From: Candidatus Aenigmatarchaeota archaeon
GTDB lineage: Archaea > Aenigmatarchaeota > Aenigmatarchaeia > QMZP01
Assembly: GCA_016782405.1 (NCBI GenBank)
Contig: JADHYO010000002.1
Location: 1 to 41,093, forward strand
Length of the DNA stretch: 41,093 nucleotides
Reading direction: 5' to 3'
Numbering within the stretch: the stretch's first letter is position 1; every line of letters begins with the position of its first letter. Positions 8,440 through 15,699 of this stretch are shown here, one piece after another. Position numbers and translations under genes: made by a program. The notes beneath the pieces were generated by a model that searched no databases, was not told where the DNA came from, and saw only the letters and a list, made by a program, of their open reading frames with translations.

Positions 8440-9258
8440 CTAAGGAAAACCAAGCTCAAGTTGAATGGGGAAATGGTCTGATGGGCTTTGCTCCTTGCCG
8501 TCCTTTCTTTTGTATGTTGAATTCATCACCGAATAATTCTTAAGAAAAGGCTTCAGTCCAGGGGAAACAAAGAAATGATCTATCTGTGGGCTCTGCGCCC
8601 AGCCTAGCCAGTTGGCGTGCGTCGGCTGCTTGTTCCCAAAATGCCCAGCAGCGTCAATAAAATACTTGCTAAGTTCCTTACCACAACCAGCCACATCCAC
8701 ATTCCTCCCAGGGAGAATGTCTGTATTCATATCCCCGAACAGTATAATCCCGTCTTTGTACTGTTCAGGAAACTGTTTTTTGAGCAAACCCATCAACGCA
8801 GCACCTTCCTTTTTCTTGTGTTTCTGGTCCATTGTTGGATCAAGATGTGTGCAGATCAAAATCAATCGTTTCTCCCCAACAACAACCCTTGCCCACACAT
8901 AAGTTGACCACAAATTATTCCCCTTCATCGCAGTCCCGTTGTCCTCAATCTTTCCCCATCCCTGCTCCTCAACAGTGATCCTGGGGGAAACTGCAAGCAC
9001 ATTTATGATCCCCCAGTAAGGCTCGTGTGATTCAGGATAAGCAATAATATTGTAATCCCCACCAAAAGCCCTGGAGAACTGCCCCAAGTTATCAGCTGTA
9101 AACTCCTGTAACCCAAAAACATCTGCTTTTGCCTTTTTGATAACAGAAAAAACCTTTTCCTTGCGGTATTTCCAAGCCACAAGCGGATCTTTATAGCGTT
9201 CAATCACACCTTTATGGTCAGCCAGCACGTTATACGAAAGCAATTTCAGTGAATGCAT
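8440..9258 (-). CDS. Endonuclease/exonuclease/phosphatase (EEP) family protein, CCR4/nocturnin/Angel-like motifs
   Basis: SYNVLA, GLQE, THL, GDMN, IDHFF, PSDHFPI. Confidence 0.88.
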   Translation of the reverse strand: MHSLKLLSYNVLADHKGVIERYKDPLVAWKYRKEKVFSVIKKAKADVFGLQEFTADNLGQFSRAFGGDYNIIAYPESHEPYWGIINVLAVSPRITVEEQGWGKIEDNGTAMKGNNLWSTYVWARVVVGEKRLILICTHLDPTMDQKHKKKEGAALMGLLKKQFPEQYKDGIILFGDMNTDILPGRNVDVAGCGKELSKYFIDAAGHFGNKQPTHANWLGWAQSPQIDHFFVSPGLKPFLKNYSVMNSTYKRKDGKEQSPSDHFPIQLELGFP

Positions 9259-9393
9259 ACCAATCCCTTATCCATTTCTACGCACCAAACCCTTAAATTG
9301 CTTCCCCTAACCCCTTGCTTTTTAATATATTCAGCCAAATCAATTACATTAAACAGTGGGGCGGTAGCTCAATGGGAGAGCACCAGACTGAAG

Positions 9394-9408
9394 CCTTTTT
9401 AGGTTGAA
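9394..9408 (+). other. 37/38 tRNA intron (15 nt) with a poorly paired central helix
   Basis: Removal restores the 7-nt loop CTGAAGA; helix CTGA/GTTG is only partly complementary. Confidence 0.7.
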
Positions 9409-9424
9409 ATCTGGGTGTTGTGAG

Positions 9425-9453
9425 AAGGTGAAAGGAAACTCTCACCTCACAAA
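9425..9453 (+). other. 53/54 tRNA intron (29 nt) with a well-formed bulge-helix-bulge
   Basis: TGTG AG^A AGGTGA...TCACCT CACA AA^T: 4-bp helix TGTG/CACA, two 3-nt bulges, inner helix AGGTGA/TCACCT. Confidence 0.85.
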
Positions 9454-9459
9454 TTCGAT

Positions 9460-9490
9460 ACCTTAACGGAGAAATCCGTTATCGAGAAAC
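9460..9490 (+). other. T-loop tRNA intron (31 nt; exact register uncertain, 59/60 best fit)
   Basis: 31 extra nt in the T-loop, containing hairpin TAACGGA-GAAA-TCCGTTA. Confidence 0.7.
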
Positions 9491-10240
9491 TCTCACCCGT
9501 CCCACTTGTTTTTTAATTATTGATTCTGAGTATAGTTGAACCTTACCTTTAGCGTAAATGTCTCTACATCTTGCCACTTTTAGTAAATGTTTTGGGTTAT
9601 TAAAACCTATCAATTTCATCCATTTTTCTAAATTTCTTTTTCCGTTCAGATCTATTTTATACCCAACATGTTTTTTCCCAGTGCCATCATCAACTATATC
9701 AACATATCTACAAAATGAAAACCCCAAACAATTCAACTCAAATGCAACTTGCTGTATAATGGTTTCACTTTTCAATTTCATGGTTATGGTTGGATAATAT
9801 TTGTATTTTTTATGCCTCTTCTTGAGAGCCAAAGAACCATCGGTATCGTATAAACCCCTAACAAACGGTACTATAAATTTTTTATTTTTTAGTATTATTT
9901 CAGGAATTTTTATATCATTCTTTGGACCTATATTCATTCCCACATCTTTCAGAAAATTAAATAAACCCTTTGATTGGCACCTAACAAAGATAACATTCTG
10001 ATCATTTCTCTGAAAAAGGGTAACATTCATATTGAAGAGTACTTTAAACAATGGAATAATCTTAGACTCAAAGTGAGCTCTATCGTTTATAGAATGACCA
10101 ACAATCTCTATCAACCTTCTTCGTTTATTTTTAGGATCAGTGAAGTCATAAACAGAACCATCACCAATTAAAATCCCTAGAAATTCAGCAAATTCAGGCG
10201 TCATCTTCTTTGGTAATTTCAATTTCATCGCCTTGTTCAT
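9479..10240 (-). CDS. Free-standing two-motif LAGLIDADG (DOD/intein-type) homing endonuclease
   Basis: Motifs AEFLGILIGDG and PFVRGLYDTDG, KIPEII linker; no Cys1/HN splicing domains; visibly AT-richer than flanks. Confidence 0.88.
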   Translation of the reverse strand: MNKAMKLKLPKKMTPEFAEFLGILIGDGSVYDFTDPKNKRRRLIEIVGHSINDRAHFESKIIPLFKVLFNMNVTLFQRNDQNVIFVRCQSKGLFNFLKDVGMNIGPKNDIKIPEIILKNKKFIVPFVRGLYDTDGSLALKKRHKKYKYYPTITMKLKSETIIQQVAFELNCLGFSFCRYVDIVDDGTGKKHVGYKIDLNGKRNLEKWMKLIGFNNPKHLLKVARCRDIYAKGKVQLYSESIIKKQVGRVRVSR

Positions 10241-10282
10241 TACGCTTAAATGTGGGGTATATTTTAATTTGAATTTTCATCA

Positions 10283-10340
10283 CCTTATAGATTTCTAAAC
10301 TATATATATTATAGTGCTTTAACCTTTATAAAGATTTCTA
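10283..10340. promoter_or_regulatory. Divergent promoter region with candidate operators
   Basis: AGATTTCTA twice (10289-10297, 10332-10340), inverted repeat ACTATA-N5-TATAGT (10299-10315), TTTATAAA at 10325-10332. Confidence 0.5.
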
Positions 10341-10355
10341 TGGTATAGTATACAT

Positions 10356-10562
10356 ATGCCCAAGAAAAAGGATTTCCCCCCAGACAGATATCAAGAGGAA
10401 ATACTGAAGATTCTCAAGGAAGAGCCTTTCATGTCCACATCAGAAATCTGCCACAAACTGAATATGGGATACGAAACAGGGCTTAAATACACAAACCAAC
10501 TATTCAATATAAACAGGATAAAACTAAAGAAAGTAGGTAATAGAAGATTTTGGTATTTGTGA
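10356..10562 (+). CDS. Small winged helix-turn-helix protein
   Basis: EEILKILKEEPFMSTSEICHKLNMGYETGLKYTNQL followed by beta wing IKLKKVGNRRFWY. Confidence 0.8.
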   Translation: MPKKKDFPPDRYQEEILKILKEEPFMSTSEICHKLNMGYETGLKYTNQLFNINRIKLKKVGNRRFWYL

Positions 10563-10566
10563 TACC

Positions 10567-11145
10567 ATGCCAAAGAAAATCCCCGAAAAAGAAGCGAAGG
10601 CAAAGTATGCCAAGGAGAAACCAGCAGCCGCAAGGCTGCTCACCAACAAGGTTTTTGTCCCCAAGAACTTCGATCCTTTACTGGAAAAGAATTATGGCAA
10701 ACATTTGAGAGGTGGCCTAGAGCTCGGTCTTGTTGAAGCCCTCTATTTGCTAGAAAAAGGAAAAATAAACATTTCCAAGGAAGGAAAAAAAGTCACGTTC
10801 CAAAAGCTGTTAGAACATGCCCTGAAAAAAGACAAAAGAATCCACGAGAAGCTGGCGGTATATAGCGACCTCCGCGACCGCGGACTTGTAGTCAAGACAG
10901 GCTTCAAATTCGGTTGCGACTTCCGCGTTTACCAGCGAGGCGTCGGGGTTAAGCGCGGTCCAAAAGCCCCAGGAGAACATACAAAATGGATTGTCTACGC
11001 TGTCCCTGAAGATTACAAATGTTCCTTCCAGGAACTATCCCGTGCCGTTAGATTGGCACATTCAATCCGGGCTAGAATGTTGTGGGCACTTGTTGATAAT
11101 GAGGCTGATGTCACATTCTTCGAAGTGATGCGTCTCAAACCTTAA
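10567..11145 (+). CDS. endA: tRNA-intron endonuclease (EndA, single-unit type)
   Basis: LGLVEALYL, VYSDLRDRGLVVKTGFKFGCDFRVY, GEH, RLAHSIR, C-terminal RLKP. Confidence 0.93.
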   Translation: MPKKIPEKEAKAKYAKEKPAAARLLTNKVFVPKNFDPLLEKNYGKHLRGGLELGLVEALYLLEKGKINISKEGKKVTFQKLLEHALKKDKRIHEKLAVYSDLRDRGLVVKTGFKFGCDFRVYQRGVGVKRGPKAPGEHTKWIVYAVPEDYKCSFQELSRAVRLAHSIRARMLWALVDNEADVTFFEVMRLKP

Positions 11146-11169
11146 AAAACCTTATGAGAGGAAAACGTT

Positions 11170-11370
11170 ATGGGAAGAATAAAAAGCGTTGCTATCAAGA
11201 CACTGGGAAACGACCTAATAGCCAAACACGGCAAGCGTTTCTCAGATAATTTTGATACAAATAAGAAGGTCCTAAGGGAAGTGAAGCCAATAGAATCAAA
11301 GTATGTTCGCAACGTCCTCGCCGGTTATATTACCAGAAGGGTCCAGATATTGAAGAGAAGGGAAATCTGA
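11170..11370 (+). CDS. rps17e: 30S ribosomal protein S17e
   Basis: MGRIKS...FSDNFDTNKK...SKYVRNVLAGYITR. Confidence 0.95.
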   Translation: MGRIKSVAIKTLGNDLIAKHGKRFSDNFDTNKKVLREVKPIESKYVRNVLAGYITRRVQILKRREI

Positions 11371-11399
11371 TTTTTATTCCTGCACACCAATATAAACAC

Positions 11400-12485
11400 A
11401 TGAACCTTCTTGACATCGCCAAACCCGCCCCCATAATCCAGTGGGATGAGTCAGTATCAAAGGCAGCCTCCAGTATGCAGCGGCAAGGTGTGCAGGATGC
11501 ATTTGTTTTTCAAGGAAAAGAACTGAAAGGAATGCTGAGCGCCGCGGACCTGGTAAAAAGGAATGTCAACAACCCTGACCGCGTCCAGATCTCAGGTCTG
11601 AAAGGTTTAGTTAGGCCAGTCAACACCTTCCCAATGGAAGCAGATGTTGCAGAGCTGCTCCGCTTCCTCCTGCTCCATGACATTACTTCTGTTCCCCTGA
11701 AAAGCGGCAAGAAATACTACATAATACCAAAGCTCAGACTGCTCTCTCTTATAGGCAGGGATATCCTGAAAGGCAAGAAAGCATCTGACGTAATGTTTTT
11801 CCCCTACACTATTTCACCAGAAGACCAGCTCTCAGTGGCGCACTCAATAATGAGGCAATCCAGTGTCCGCAGACTGGTAATACTGAAAAATAGAAGGGCA
11901 GAAGGAATAGTTGAAACCATGGACATTCTCAAAACAGATATTAACAAAAAAAGAATGCGCGCAGGGGAGAAAGTTGGGGAAAAAATTGCGTTAAAGGGAA
12001 TACCCGCATCCTCCCTCATGCAGAAGGTGTTCCTAAAGGTCAGTCCCCAGGAACCCCTGGAGAACGTAGTGAAAAAAATGCTCTCCTCAGGAGCCACCAC
12101 AGTAGTAGTCGAGGACGAGAAGTTCCTCGGGATTATAACCCCTGCCACTATACTGAAGCTTGCTGGCAGGAAGGTAGCCGGCGTCTATGTCAGCATTTCA
12201 GGCCAGCAGAAAGAGGGCCCATTCATCCGGGCTGTAATAGATGAGCAGCTCCGGAACGAAATCAAGAAGCTGGGGAAGTTCATCCCAATCGATTACCTGG
12301 CATTCCATATAGACCGCTACAAAGAAAAGGGGAAGCGGGTGAAGTATTCACTGAAAGCCCGCTTAATAACAGAGAAGGGAATGTTTTTTGCTGATGACCA
12401 CGCCTGGGACATTACCCAGGCAGTGAGTGGGGTTTTGGCAAAACTCGAGAGAGAAGTAATCAAAAGAAAAGAGCGTCACAGGTGA
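11400..12485 (+). CDS. Four-CBS-domain protein with C-terminal HPF/RaiA-like domain (probable ribosome hibernation factor)
   Basis: CBS repeats (LKGMLSAADL, EGIVETMDIL, LGIITPATIL); C-terminal beta-alpha-beta-beta-beta-alpha pattern ending WDITQAVSGVLAKLEREV. Confidence 0.75.
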   Translation: MNLLDIAKPAPIIQWDESVSKAASSMQRQGVQDAFVFQGKELKGMLSAADLVKRNVNNPDRVQISGLKGLVRPVNTFPMEADVAELLRFLLLHDITSVPLKSGKKYYIIPKLRLLSLIGRDILKGKKASDVMFFPYTISPEDQLSVAHSIMRQSSVRRLVILKNRRAEGIVETMDILKTDINKKRMRAGEKVGEKIALKGIPASSLMQKVFLKVSPQEPLENVVKKMLSSGATTVVVEDEKFLGIITPATILKLAGRKVAGVYVSISGQQKEGPFIRAVIDEQLRNEIKKLGKFIPIDYLAFHIDRYKEKGKRVKYSLKARLITEKGMFFADDHAWDITQAVSGVLAKLEREVIKRKERHR

Positions 12486-12565
12486 CTGGCACACATTTAT
12501 AAAGCCTTGCCCTTATTAACCTTATTAATAAACACAAAAAACCCTGTTGTAATGTTCAGGTGATT

Positions 12566-13060
12566 ATGAAAATAAAAGAGCCCTATTCTACTGTGTTATA
12601 TATTGTTCTAGGCGTGTTGCTTGCCTTTGGGATAAACCAAGGCCTGGCCCTAGCACTTTCAACAGACCTCCCCATTGTTGCAGTGGAATCAAAGTCCATG
12701 CTCCCCACATTTGATCAAGGAGACGTCCTCTTCCTCCAGGGTCAGCCATCCTATGAAATCGGTGACATCATCGTATTCACTCCAACACCAGGAGCAACCC
12801 CAGTAGTCCACAGAATAATAATAATCAACCCTGACGGTACCTATCAAACCAAAGGCGATGCCAACAGAAGCCAGCTCCCGTTTGAAAAGGAAATCCACAT
12901 TGAACAAATCCACGGTAAAGTAGTCCTTATAGCCCCTTACCTGGGATGGGTAAAGATAGGAATCACCCAATACATAGTCCCTAACATACTTGCCCTTGCA
13001 GGGATAGTAGTATTTCTATACTTAATGATAATCGGTATTAGAAAAGTGTGGAGGTCATAA
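12566..13060 (+). CDS. Signal peptidase I (archaeal Sec11-type)
   Basis: SKSMLPTF (catalytic Ser), GDIIVF, VVHRI, TKGDAN. Confidence 0.92.
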   Translation: MKIKEPYSTVLYIVLGVLLAFGINQGLALALSTDLPIVAVESKSMLPTFDQGDVLFLQGQPSYEIGDIIVFTPTPGATPVVHRIIIINPDGTYQTKGDANRSQLPFEKEIHIEQIHGKVVLIAPYLGWVKIGITQYIVPNILALAGIVVFLYLMIIGIRKVWRS

Positions 13061-13061
13061 A

Positions 13062-13388
13062 ATGGATTTCTGTAAAAAATGCGGCTCACTTATGATCGGG
13101 AAGGAAATAAATAAAAAGACAGTGCTAGTGTGCAGAAGTTGTGGTTTCACACTCAAGAAATACCGCCCACTCAAAATCCAGGAAATTATTACAAAAACCC
13201 CACTGGAAAGCGAAGTTGTTATTATTGAAAAAAACGAAGAATTCCTCCCAACAACCAAGGCAGAGTGCCCAAAGTGCAGAAACAAACAAGCCCTCTGGTG
13301 GCTCCAGCAGACCCGCTCAGCTGATGAAGCACCAACACTCTTCCTCAGGTGCGTAAAATGCCGCCACTCCTGGCGTGAGTATGGTTAA
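13062..13388 (+). CDS. tfs: Transcription factor S
   Basis: Two Zn ribbons (CKKC/CRSC, CPKC/CVKC) and QTRSADEAPT acidic hairpin. Confidence 0.93.
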   Translation: MDFCKKCGSLMIGKEINKKTVLVCRSCGFTLKKYRPLKIQEIITKTPLESEVVIIEKNEEFLPTTKAECPKCRNKQALWWLQQTRSADEAPTLFLRCVKCRHSWREYG

Positions 13389-13392
13389 CACA

Positions 13393-14409
13393 TCACAAAA
13401 ATATCAAGAACCCAATCAAGCAAATCAAAATCTCAATTCCTATTAGTCTTATTGTGATACCCTTCTCAGTATACTTCCCCTTCCTAAGGAAGAAATGTGT
13501 AAGCGAGTAAATGTGCTGGTAGCGCGACTTCAATGTTCCGTCCTCCTGAAGAATACCAAGAGAGGAAACCGCAAACCTTCCCCTTAGTTTTAGGAATGCC
13601 TCAATAATCCAGGGAATGTAAATGAAAATCCCAAACTTCTCGGCATTACCGATAATAACAGCAGTGACAAACCCAGCCCCTATAAGATATGTCAAGGAAT
13701 CGCCAGGGAGGATTCTTGCAGGATACCAGTTATATGCCAAGAAAGCCAATAGCGCAGCCGCCAAACCGAAGGAAATAACAGCACCCTCGACACGCCCTGC
13801 AAGGAAGAGATAAATCCCGAGAGAAATACTGGCCACTAGGCCCAGCCCAGCCTCCAGACCATTAAACCCTGCAAGCATGTTATTGACATTGCTAACAACA
13901 ATCACTGCAATAGGTACAAAAACAAGCGGAAACAGAATACCAACATCCACTGCCCCAATAAAAGGAAGAACAAGATCACTCGCACCTGCTGAAATAACCA
14001 TCAATGGGACAGCCCCAGCCAAGGTCATAACAGGTTTCACCCACTGCCTCAGACCAAGGCGATATTCGTTAGTTCCAGTCCTCGCTATTTTTTGAGTTTG
14101 CTTGATGTTGAGATCATCCAGAATCCCCACCAGAGAAATGATAAGTATGGTAGAGGATGCAGCCAACAGTATAGTAAGATTGGCTGGCCCTTTGAGAAGA
14201 AACGTATTCAACGCAATATAAACCATCATCCCAGCCAGAAGCCCAAAAGCCACTGGAAGGCCGCCAGAGCTGGGCAGCAGTGGCTTCCCTTCCTTTTGTT
14301 GGTCAATCCCCACAATGTTTGAGCTCTTCAGGAATTCCATGAACCTTGGAACAACCACAAGCCCAGAGAAAAACGATACCACAAACACCAGTATAATAAC
14401 CTCTATCAT
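13393..14409 (-). CDS. UDP-GlcNAc:dolichyl-phosphate GlcNAc-1-phosphate transferase (AglH/MraY-like)
   Basis: Multi-TM; GILDD, NVNNMLAGFNGLEAG, YNWYPARILPGDS. Confidence 0.88.
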   Translation of the reverse strand: MIEVIILVFVVSFFSGLVVVPRFMEFLKSSNIVGIDQQKEGKPLLPSSGGLPVAFGLLAGMMVYIALNTFLLKGPANLTILLAASSTILIISLVGILDDLNIKQTQKIARTGTNEYRLGLRQWVKPVMTLAGAVPLMVISAGASDLVLPFIGAVDVGILFPLVFVPIAVIVVSNVNNMLAGFNGLEAGLGLVASISLGIYLFLAGRVEGAVISFGLAAALLAFLAYNWYPARILPGDSLTYLIGAGFVTAVIIGNAEKFGIFIYIPWIIEAFLKLRGRFAVSSLGILQEDGTLKSRYQHIYSLTHFFLRKGKYTEKGITIRLIGIEILICLIGFLIFL

Positions 14410-14454
14410 ACCAGTATTGTTGCCTATTGTTATTATAAATATTTATCCAATTCG

Positions 14455-15699
14455 CTAGTCGACAATTCGCGGTTTGGGGAGAGGTACAATGAACCTTCCC
14501 TTGAAGCCCTTCGCCCTAATCTTGGGTATGAGCTCATCTGCAATGTGCCAGGAAAAAAGAAGTGCAAAATCAGGTTGGTCCTCATATAACTTGGATTCAT
14601 CTAACACAGGAATAATTGTCCCAGGAATATACTTCCCTATCTTATGTGATCCCTGGATCTCCAAAACACAGTCCACAGTTCCGTCATCAAGCCCAACATA
14701 ATTAATTAGTGTGCTTGCCCTAGAAGGTGCCCCAATACCATACACCTTCTTCCCCTCCTTCTTAATCCCCATTAGAAGCGTTTGCAATTCAAGCTTAGAG
14801 ACAACAACCTTCTCCTTAAATGCCCGAAGATCCTCTATTCCAAGGCGCTCTTCCCCAAGCAGCGTGGAAACGCTCCCCTGAACAGGATACTTCCCCTTCC
14901 GCGCAGCATACACCCTAATAGAACCCCCATGAGTGGGAATTTTCTTTGCATGAATAATTTCCATTCCATGCTTTCCCAGCAGAAAATTAAGACTCTCGAG
15001 AGAATAGTACCTCAAGTGCTCATGATAAATAGTGTCATACTGAAGCGTTTCCACCAGTGAAACCAGGTAGTGTGACTCAGAAATGAAAACCCCATCATCA
15101 GCAAGAATCATCAACACACTCTCAACAATATCATTCACATTCTCAATATGTGCAAACACATTCGTTGCTGTCACCAACTTCGCTTTTCCATGTTCTGAAA
15201 TAATTTTAGATGCAACATCCTTAGTGAAATAATCAAAAATCGTTGGAATCCCCCTATCCACAGCAATCTGTCCAATTTTCTCAGGAGTGACCCCAAGCAC
15301 CTTATGAGAAGTGAAATTGCTTAAAAGGTTCCCGTCATTAGACCCAACATCAACAACCAAATCCTCAGCCTTCAGGGGAATGATTGTCGTGCATTCCTTA
15401 TACAGTTCAGCAAAGTTGTCTCTCAAAATCTTTGTTGTGCTGCTGGTGTAAGGGTATTCAGGAGGAAAAAGAATAGCAGAATCCACAATCAGCCCAAGCT
15501 GGACCAAAGAACAGTTCGGGCAACGCAGCAGTTGCGCGGGGTAGCTTGGCTGCTCCCTGGGTTTCTGACCAATAGCGTGCATCTCATTTACTGGTGGCAA
15601 ATAACCAAGAAACAAGACCGATTCCAGCTGCGTGGAACCGCACACCTGGCATTGCCCCACCACAACACTTGATCCAGTCTTAAATGTTAATTCAGTCAT
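14455..15699 (-). CDS. NDP-sugar C-methyltransferase (Zn-binding N-terminus + class I SAM domain)
   Basis: CQVC...CPNCSLVQL, DVGSNDGNLL, NVFAHI, YDTIYHEHLRYYS, THGGSIR, YGIGAPSRASTL. Confidence 0.88.
   Translation of the reverse strand: MTELTFKTGSSVVVGQCQVCGSTQLESVLFLGYLPPVNEMHAIGQKPREQPSYPAQLLRCPNCSLVQLGLIVDSAILFPPEYPYTSSTTKILRDNFAELYKECTTIIPLKAEDLVVDVGSNDGNLLSNFTSHKVLGVTPEKIGQIAVDRGIPTIFDYFTKDVASKIISEHGKAKLVTATNVFAHIENVNDIVESVLMILADDGVFISESHYLVSLVETLQYDTIYHEHLRYYSLESLNFLLGKHGMEIIHAKKIPTHGGSIRVYAARKGKYPVQGSVSTLLGEERLGIEDLRAFKEKVVVSKLELQTLLMGIKKEGKKVYGIGAPSRASTLINYVGLDDGTVDCVLEIQGSHKIGKYIPGTIIPVLDESKLYEDQPDFALLFSWHIADELIPKIRAKGFKGRFIVPLPKPRIVD

Larger units (their letters stand above)
9358..9504 (+). 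tRNA. tRNA-Phe(GAA) with three introns (37/38 at 9394-9408; 53/54 at 9425-9453; ~59/60 at 9460-9490)
   Basis: Acceptor GGGGCGG/CCGTCCC + A73, D arm GCTC-AATGGGA-GAGC, anticodon stem CCAGA/TCTGG with CT-GAA-G^A, T stem GTGAG/CTCAC; T-loop TTCGATT after splicing; no encoded CCA. Confidence 0.88.

Noticed and set aside
9388-9409. Alternative splicing of the anticodon intron giving a Ser anticodon (TGA or GGA)
   Set aside because: Other 15-nt registers would give these anticodons, but none has a good splice helix, there is no long variable arm, and the body and A73 fit tRNA-Phe
9479-10240. LAGLIDADG ORF as an intein remnant or intron-encoded ORF
   Set aside because: No splicing blocks or flanking exteins, and it lies almost entirely outside and antisense to the tRNA
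8315-10562. Integrated provirus or integrative element at the tRNAs
   Set aside because: No integrase seen and I found no duplicated tRNA 3' end (att site) by eye
10356-10579. wHTH and endA both start ATGCCmAAGAAAA (MPKK), resembling a target-site duplication
   Set aside because: Only 12 of 13 nt match in a common Lys-rich N-terminus; cannot be separated from chance without related genomes
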